A DNA stretch of 64,000 nucleotides from Poseidonia sp. (GTDB lineage: Archaea; Thermoplasmatota; Poseidoniia; Poseidoniales; Poseidoniaceae): contig CBFIDD010000001.1 of NCBI GenBank assembly GCA_965661285.1, positions 32,001 to 96,000 of the forward strand, in the 5' to 3' direction. Positions 58,101 through 64,000 of this stretch are shown here, in pieces. Position 1 is the first letter of the stretch; each line of letters begins with the position of its first letter. Both the position numbers and the translations under genes were made by a program. A model generated the notes under the pieces. The model did not search any database and was not told the origin of the DNA. It saw only the letters and a list, made by a program, of their open reading frames with translations.

Positions 58101-61100
58101 GTTGGTAGCCAACAGTGGATGAACGCTGAAGGAGACAGAGGTAGCGCCTTGGTCAAACGTCCACGATTCAAGGTAAAGTCCCAAAGAAGCGGAATGGACC
58201 TGTTGGTATTGTGCGAACGGAATTTGTGCTGCGTTCAAGCCGATGTTAATGCGACATTCGTCGGTGAAGGAAGAGCCACAAAAATCTCCAGCGCTTAGCG
58301 TGCTTGCTCCTGCAAAGTTATTCGTTGGGTTGGCACTGGAGAGAACGGTGTTTTGGATATTGGTGTGTCCGTACTCGGATACTTCATTGCCGGTTTGGAA
58401 GGTGTATGTGTAGGTGAAATCGTTGTTGTAAACATGATTTGGCGCACCAATGGCGAAACTCCAGCGAGCAGAGGAGGGTCCGGGAATGGATTGGTTGACT
58501 GCTTGGACCCACCAGGTGAAGAGTTGTCCATCGGGAAGGTCAGCCCCGAAACGGAAACTGGTGTTGGTAATTTCATCGTCCTCCCATGATTTGAATTTGT
58601 AGACGCCGGTTTCGTTTGAAATGGTGACGATGTATCCGGTTGCACCTGCGACGGGGGCCCATGACAAGACAGGCTGGGTTGAGGACGTCAACAACCCGTC
58701 GTTTTCCTGGTAGAGGACTTCGCCGTCCGCTGGCGAGTTCAAGACCGGCTGACCTGGCGGGAGGATACCTGCGACATTGTCAACATACTGTAATACCAAG
58801 TGAGGGTGGCGGGAGGCGTTGGAATTTTCTGATGAGGCGAGCGTGTGTGAAGATCCTGTCGATCCGACCATCTCAAGTTTGAATGTCATCGTGGTGTTTC
58901 CGTTGGCAATATTACTTTGTGCAAGGCTGGTAAGGTCCCACTCCACCCACCCCGTAGGTGAACCAACAGAGAGCGTAGAACGGGTAATCTCCGTGGTCGA
59001 GCATGTCGGAGAAGAAATCCACAGAACGGTTGACTCGCTGAACCCGCTGCAGGCATACGCTGCAACCGTGGTAGAAGATGACCCTGCGATACCGGTTTGG
59101 TACATCCTGAGCATCATCTGCGTCGGGGTCATCGCTGCGGGCCAAGGGATGTTCGTGAGGTCAAACTCCATGAGAACGCTGCTCTGTCCGGTACCCAGGC
59201 GATTCGCACCCAAATACACCAACGTCGAGCCACCGCGATTGACAGTGGCGTTGGAATCGATCTCAACATCCTTGACTGCGGGAAGGTCACCCGTTGAGTC
59301 AAAGATGGACCCACGAGAGAGGACAACCGTGTGATTCCCACTTCCGTCATCGCTTCCCTGATCCTCGGGATTTCGATATTTATTAACGGCGGACCATTGA
59401 CCAATCCTGTCGCCTTGGTCGGCTCGCACACGCCAATAGACCCACTCATCTCCTTTTGAGTGATTGGCCACCGTGATGGTCAAATTGGTCGAGTCGAACG
59501 TGAGATTGGTGTGATCACCCGCGAGGATTTCGTCAGAGGTGTAGCAATCGAGATCGTCCACCATTCGACTGTCGGGGGACACACAAGCAACCCAACGGGT
59601 CTGGTTCGTGTAGGACGCGGTCCAGTTGAAATCAGATGTGTTTTGTCCGGAAGGACGAGGTTTCGACGTGTCCCAAAGCGTCGCACCGTCAACTGGCTGA
59701 AGGTTGGCAGGCGAAGGAACAACCCACGGCGTGTCCACGGCGTAGGTCATGTTCAGGCGAGGGCGCAAACTGAGCGTGGAGGCTTCACTGCTCGCAAATT
59801 GGACACGGCCATCCCAAAGTCCGTCAACATACTCACCTTGGATGAGAACGTTGAGCTCGCTCAACCCCGCTGCGCGAGCGTGTTGAACAAGTGCGGTCAC
59901 ATTGAACGAAACCGTACCGGTGGCGTTCACCCACTGTGGTGAATTGAACGGGGGCATTGAATCCCCGGAGTGGTGGGCACCCGTGCCCTGCCACGAACTC
60001 GTGTTGCCAGAAGGATAGGCCCAAACCGATGATTCCGACCATGGCGTAATCATCTGTGAAACCGAGACATAGGTGCCCCGGTAGGTCGAAATGGCATCCA
60101 ATTCAAGATGCGCATCGAGGACTTCGTACGTTGAAGGCAACGGCAAGCCGCTGAAATCAATCGACATCAAGGTGGCTGTGCGGTAGGTGGTGATTGGCGA
60201 GCCAGGACGAAGACCAACATAGAGGGAAGACGACGAGCCTTGACTTGCGTAGGGATTGCCGTTGTCGAGGTAGGTATCCGAGGTGGCCGCAGGATAGGCG
60301 ATGGAGGGAATCATCCCACCGTCCTGGATTGAAACAGTGGCGTGCGTAGAATTGAGTTCCTCACCGACATCGTTTGGCAAATAGAACACGCTGGAGTTGC
60401 TACGTGGACCGATCATGCCGTTGTTAATCGGTTGAACCATCCAGCGAATCGTCTGGGCAAACGAGAGGTTGGAACTGGGTGTGAAGGTAAGGTTGGCCGT
60501 ATCGAAAGCTGCAGGAGTGATGCGAGAATCGTAGGTAATTAACCCCGCCATGTCGTTGTTCGCATCGGTTTGAATGAAAACTCGCCAGTCTGAGACGGTC
60601 GTGGTCCCGTTGTACGTCCAGGAAAAGGTAGGCGTCCGGTCGGCTTTGAGTGCATGAGACGCTGTGTCCCACACAACCGCTCCGTTTGCAGGTCCGACGT
60701 TTACACCACTGGCTGTGGGCGTTGCCACAGAGCCGGCCTCCCAAACCAACGTCAAATACGGAGCTTGTGCTGCGTTGCCCTCGGTCGAGGTGATGACGAT
60801 GTCATCTGTGGTTTGGGAAGCGGTGTAAACGACCAACGAAACAAAATTTTGATTGTTGGCAAGAGCGGCTTGAACCGCCTCTGTCACGTCGAACTCCATC
60901 CAGTCATCAGCAACACTGTCGACGAGGTCAACGTATTCGCCGAGATCCACGCCGATGTCTCGACCACCCCGCTCGGACCAGTTGTTGGTTCCGTCGTAGG
61001 TTGTAGCGTTTGCAGAGGTCGTCCATGGCTGCAGCGATGGTCGAACAGCAACGGGTTCATCTACGGCAGAACCAGATTGCGCAAACAAACTCAATTCCGC

Positions 61101-64000
61101 TCCGGTGACGCGAGCACCCGATGGTTGAGGCACCTCAGCGAGCGGAATGCGAATCAAGGCTGCACTCTGATAGCCGCTGGATTGTTCTCCGATTCGAAGT
61201 GTGGTTGCGTTCTCGTGGGTGTCGTCTGAACCCGAACCGTTCTCGATGACATAGGTGTCGACAAAGTGGGGTGTGTTCAATTGAGGAAGTGCACCATGGT
61301 GCCGCAACTCGACGGAGGCTTTGGTTGAATTGAAGACGACCGTTTCTAAGTCGGGGACCTGGAAGTGGTAGGCAGAAGACCAGTTTCCAATTTGATTCGT
61401 TGCCGAGATGGCTCGAACTCTCCAGTACCACGTCTCCCCTTCTTCAAGGTCGGTCTGTTGCGTGTAGGTGGTGTTCGCCACATCGAACCCTGCATTGTTC
61501 CATGAGGTGTAGGTCAGACTGTTTGTGGAAGAAAAGTCGCTTTCTGTATCAAGTTGAACGATGTACCCTGCCAGCGGCATCGCCCCGGAATAATTCCAAA
61601 CGAGAGTTGGTGTTGTTATTGGCGTCAAATCAACCCCACTGCCGATGGACCATGAACCGTTAAGCGGCAGCGATGGAGACGGATCGGTTGGCAAGGCATC
61701 CGAACCCGGCACGTACACGAACGTCAACTCAGGGCGATTCGCCATCGAATCTTCTGCCGTGCTAAAGTAAGCGGTTCGCGCACCGCCCGAGCCTGCGCCA
61801 AGCATGCCAGCAATGAAATCCACCCTGCGGTCTTCACGCATGGCGTTTTGCACGGCGAGCGACACGTTCCACTGCACAGTATCGCCTTCTGAGAAGGTAC
61901 TGCCGAGGCTCACGCTGTCCAGAAGGGAACCACGGTCGGTTCCCTTTGCCCCAGCCGTATCCCAAGCGTTTGAACCATCATAGCTAGCCCACGTCGCATC
62001 CTCTGCGTTCCAGTTGTTTTGATGACTTTCCCACACAGCAACGGTTGGACTGCCAAACGTTGAGGACGTGAGTTTCATGCTCAGGTGGGCGGACTCAACG
62101 GCATATCCATCCGGAAGAAGATTCGAGACGAGATTGCAACCGATCAACCCTGTAATTTCTGCTCCCGACGGGTTGTAATCAACGGTCATTTCGGAGTCGC
62201 CGTCAAAATTATCGGTGGGTGCGGTGCTTTCGATGTAGGTGTCCATGCATTCAGGATATTGGTTGTCCTGCGAGCCGTTGCCGTGTTTCATTCTAAACTC
62301 GTATCGGTCACCGCCCAACCAAGTGCTCTCAGCATCGGAAACAAAGAAACTGGAACTGACCCACTGCCCGTAGTGATCGTTGCTGTCAACAGTGGCCATT
62401 CGCCAATAGTACATGTTGCCGGTTTCAAGTGTTCTCGAACCGTTCATCGGGAGCGTACCGTCTGTAGGGTTGAAGTCGTTGTCAACTCGGGTATCCACAA
62501 CCAATTCTTGGAGGCGGAAATCTTCGTCGGTTGCCAACTCAAATAAAATGTCGTGGCCCGATGAGGGAGCGGTCCAGTTCAGTGATGGTTGGGTGTTTCC
62601 TGACAGATTATGTCCCGATTGATTCCAAACGGCCAAACCGTCAACCGGAGCCGTCAGGTTCACCGGCGTGGGCGGGACACTGCTGCCCCACTCATAGGTG
62701 ATCGAGAAGGTGGGGGCGTTGGCGAGGTTCGCTGCCTCCGTGGAGTGGAACACAATGCCTTCGCCGTTGGTGTAACCTTCGAACTTTCCTCGGACGGCGA
62801 TCAGCATGTCGAGCGGTTCGCTATCACCACCGTTAAGGTAGTTCTGAACGGCATGGTCAAGGTCGAACGTGAAGGTTGAATCGGTTTGATTTCCGTCGGC
62901 AAGCGCCATGGTGGCTGTTCCGTTTGAACGACCGCCATCGTACCATTGGACACCGCCTGCAGACATGCGATTCCATGTCACCTCGGTTTCATCCCAAAGT
63001 CCTGATTCCTCCATGCCGTGGACGGACACCAGGGGGTTGCCGGTATACGAAGAGCGTGTCAACTCCATTTCGGCATTCACGATGGTCAAGTTATCGTGCA
63101 TCCCAAGTTGGTTCAGTGACGCACGGAGATGAATCAAACGTTCCTTGCTTGAGGTCATGCTTGCCTCAAGGGTTGTACCTGCACCCAAGGTTGTCGTTTT
63201 GCTGGTTTCGCTCACGGTCGCATCTTGAATAAAGTCATCCTCGAGCCCGGTTGCCGTAGGTCCGAACGTCATCGTTGCCGTGCCGTCGCCGTTGTCAACA
63301 ACGTTGTGTGCAGGGAGAAGGAAACTGGTGGTCTCCCAAGGCCCCCATTGACCGGATGTGTCGACGGCTCGCACGCGCATGTGCATCGTCGTGCCGTTGG
63401 AGAGCGAGAGCGATGAAGGAAGGACGTAAGAGCCGGTGGTACCTGTGGATGTAAAGGTGGACCACAGCGTTGAGAAATGCCAGTCTTCATCCGTTTCAGA
63501 GCGCCATTGCTCATCATTGCTGAGCTGAATCTCAACATCGGTTCCCGTGTTCGCATCGTAGCTGAGAAGCGGGGTTGTGACAGCCTGCAAAAGGAAATCA
63601 GATTTCATCCATGGCTCGCCGTCCTCAACTGGGAGTGCCGTGGAAACGGTTGCACCGCTCGTTGCGGCCGTCCCGTTGGTTGTATCCATGAGGAGACGAG
63701 GACGTTCCACCGGGTTGAGCGACTCCGACATCCCACAATCATAACTCGCACCGAAGGATGAGACGACGACAGAGAGGTACGGGAGATTTGATCGGGCAGA
63801 TTGTTGGGCAATGGAGGTGACGTTCAAGCTCAATGTGCCGTTTCCTGAGATGGTGGTTGGTGGCTCCCAAGCGCCCCGATCCCCCGTGCCGTCTGCGCCT
63901 GGCATCGTCCAAGGAGAATTGCTGGCAAAGGCAGTCCAGGAAGCGAACGAGCCGTTCCACGCGCGATCCACGGCGGCGACGAAAGCGGTCATTTCAGTGG
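55188..64000 (-). CDS. giant surface protein (>2930 aa, 5' end off the window): alternating DNRLRE/CBM96-like and FN3-like modules, Ig repeats, TM and Pro-rich/Trp-rich tail
   Basis: At least 6 D(T/A)x(I/V)...N.G...L...A.L.L modules alternate with YxWRVRA-type modules, followed by DxxGN Ig repeats and TM YVGAGLLALVAVVLLGLGVMFM. The frame is open at the window edge. Confidence 0.88.
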   Translation of the reverse strand, partial: TEMTAFVAAVDRAWNGSFASWTAFASNSPWTMPGADGTGDRGAWEPPTTISGNGTLSLNVTSIAQQSARSNLPYLSVVVSSFGASYDCGMSESLNPVERPRLLMDTTNGTAATSGATVSTALPVEDGEPWMKSDFLLQAVTTPLLSYDANTGTDVEIQLSNDEQWRSETDEDWHFSTLWSTFTSTGTTGSYVLPSSLSLSNGTTMHMRVRAVDTSGQWGPWETTSFLLPAHNVVDNGDGTATMTFGPTATGLEDDFIQDATVSETSKTTTLGAGTTLEASMTSSKERLIHLRASLNQLGMHDNLTIVNAEMELTRSSYTGNPLVSVHGMEESGLWDETEVTWNRMSAGGVQWYDGGRSNGTATMALADGNQTDSTFTFDLDHAVQNYLNGGDSEPLDMLIAVRGKFEGYTNGEGIVFHSTEAANLANAPTFSITYEWGSSVPPTPVNLTAPVDGLAVWNQSGHNLSGNTQPSLNWTAPSSGHDILFELATDEDFRLQELVVDTRVDNDFNPTDGTLPMNGSRTLETGNMYYWRMATVDSNDHYGQWVSSSFFVSDAESTWLGGDRYEFRMKHGNGSQDNQYPECMDTYIESTAPTDNFDGDSEMTVDYNPSGAEITGLIGCNLVSNLLPDGYAVESAHLSMKLTSSTFGSPTVAVWESHQNNWNAEDATWASYDGSNAWDTAGAKGTDRGSLLDSVSLGSTFSEGDTVQWNVSLAVQNAMREDRRVDFIAGMLGAGSGGARTAYFSTAEDSMANRPELTFVYVPGSDALPTDPSPSLPLNGSWSIGSGVDLTPITTPTLVWNYSGAMPLAGYIVQLDTESDFSSTNSLTYTSWNNAGFDVANTTYTQQTDLEEGETWYWRVRAISATNQIGNWSSAYHFQVPDLETVVFNSTKASVELRHHGALPQLNTPHFVDTYVIENGSGSDDTHENATTLRIGEQSSGYQSAALIRIPLAEVPQPSGARVTGAELSLFAQSGSAVDEPVAVRPSLQPWTTSANATTYDGTNNWSERGGRDIGVDLGEYVDLVDSVADDWMEFDVTEAVQAALANNQNFVSLVVYTASQTTDDIVITSTEGNAAQAPYLTLVWEAGSVATPTASGVNVGPANGAVVWDTASHALKADRTPTFSWTYNGTTTVSDWRVFIQTDANNDMAGLITYDSRITPAAFDTANLTFTPSSNLSFAQTIRWMVQPINNGMIGPRSNSSVFYLPNDVGEELNSTHATVSIQDGGMIPSIAYPAATSDTYLDNGNPYASQGSSSSLYVGLRPGSPITTYRTATLMSIDFSGLPLPSTYEVLDAHLELDAISTYRGTYVSVSQMITPWSESSVWAYPSGNTSSWQGTGAHHSGDSMPPFNSPQWVNATGTVSFNVTALVQHARAAGLSELNVLIQGEYVDGLWDGRVQFASSEASTLSLRPRLNMTYAVDTPWVVPSPANLQPVDGATLWDTSKPRPSGQNTSDFNWTASYTNQTRWVACVSPDSRMVDDLDCYTSDEILAGDHTNLTFDSTNLTITVANHSKGDEWVYWRVRADQGDRIGQWSAVNKYRNPEDQGSDDGSGNHTVVLSRGSIFDSTGDLPAVKDVEIDSNATVNRGGSTLVYLGANRLGTGQSSVLMEFDLTNIPWPAAMTPTQMMLRMYQTGIAGSSSTTVAAYACSGFSESTVLWISSPTCSTTEITRSTLSVGSPTGWVEWDLTSLAQSNIANGNTTMTFKLEMVGSTGSSHTLASSENSNASRHPHLVLQYVDNVAGILPPGQPVLNSPADGEVLYQENDGLLTSSTQPVLSWAPVAGATGYIVTISNETGVYKFKSWEDDEITNTSFRFGADLPDGQLFTWWVQAVNQSIPGPSSARWSFAIGAPNHVYNNDFTYTYTFQTGNEVSEYGHTNIQNTVLSSANPTNNFAGASTLSAGDFCGSSFTDECRINIGLNAAQIPFAQYQQVHSASLGLYLESWTFDQGATSVSFSVHPLLATNWAASSATWDGTTSGASWGAPGMQLGVDYGDAISSTTATIGASGWVWFDISTAGMTITGEEAWIIIATPNTGHAHASFHSGSAANADYRPKVLFNTTNITTVSISPTGSLTTDADTPVNFNSIAYDHQAMVRAPPMTWSASSGSIGTNGLFTPTTTGTVTISSCFGLVCGTQSITVTAGAPTDLIVTPLSANITADETLTITAHMVDQHGNMVPGEPITYSPTNGSMSAVVPNIFQPYAIGTHVVRVAHGVPSGDYVDVSVTVEAGAPSYFELGGCEGTVPAGIECAISIDLYDQFGNALNVSEAGNLTWTTTNGNYSESNQEYFPDHVGVWWLNLTSVSGAAGQLQIDVGHGAIDYLELNASSTSITADERVYINTTRVDVRGNRLAVVLPASNWTKTSDGQLTPGAPAIWDPIKTGSKLLEARYENELTQIIIDVERGQTQTLRITVDNEIATWQHFDITADDTLEAKIFAIDAKGNQWSVPESNWSLDHPTITDASNFLEVLSGDATTFTPYYASDLPYMLTASYSDANTDLSVSINITVDHGMLNTVTVEAVANDPLQSTGAVIEITSDFAIDFTSELFDTDNNQISSDELTWLEVNVESGESRDITTQLLLDAMRWEATTVGEWRIEAYSISGTGFNISDSVSITVLHGEAVTVAADLSTTTPTAGDRVDIQVTGTDADGNQFAQDVAWTENGQTVPTLSIITSSEGTYTYDAEVAGVHTLEYSVGGAMSTAEITVAAQNIVARLEVNLSTDSLEQLESLDVSIRAFDAFDNEISVPGSVQVEATGRGTAMMTSSDQWTVTTLDDGPQTITVSVGAVRVNEEISVTGNFQGFFEAGGTLYYVGAGLLALVAVVLLGLGVMFMRNGGSGDWDDDDYDDDDDDRPSGPTGPAPGPTGPAPGPTGPAPGPTGPAPGPSGPSADEPPAEEEVEKELETTFDEDGVEWWEDEDGAWWYRNPGEEEWQEYTD
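55353..55436 (-). repeat. 4 x 21-bp coding tandem repeat (GPTGPAP)
   Basis: PSGPTGPAPGPTGPAPGPTGPAPGPTGPAPGPSGPS, with synonymous variation between units. Confidence 0.9.

Overview
Archaeal chromosomal window with no CRISPR array, rRNA or intact mobile element visible. Archaeal markers (TFB, rpl40e, membrane LonB, archaeal-type AspRS, TrmI, A24 preflagellin peptidase, UPF0147) occur together with bacterial-type metabolic genes and giant C-terminally anchored surface proteins. This combination points to Marine Group II Euryarchaeota (Ca. Poseidoniales); the assignment is an inference from gene content. Most notable: (1) a 39.6-50.6 kb catabolic cluster with a 2-aminophenol 1,6-dioxygenase (AmnB, plus AmnA fused to a RidA/2-aminomuconate-deaminase domain), an aminomuconate-semialdehyde-type ALDH, an atypical SDR, an LLM monooxygenase and a variant asparaginase-II-fold enzyme, together suggesting an archaeal aromatic-amine meta-cleavage route; (2) a translationally coupled three-gene operon (PATAN/DUF2226-like + DUF835 protein, a DnaA-like AAA+ protein with a dead Walker A, and a YkgJ Cys-cluster protein); (3) several large surface proteins, including a >2900 aa DNRLRE/FN3 repeat protein, with distinctive Trp-rich or Zn-ribbon cytoplasmic tails; (4) a small accessory region downstream of tRNA-Ala(TGC). 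All family assignments come from motif recognition by eye, not from database searches.
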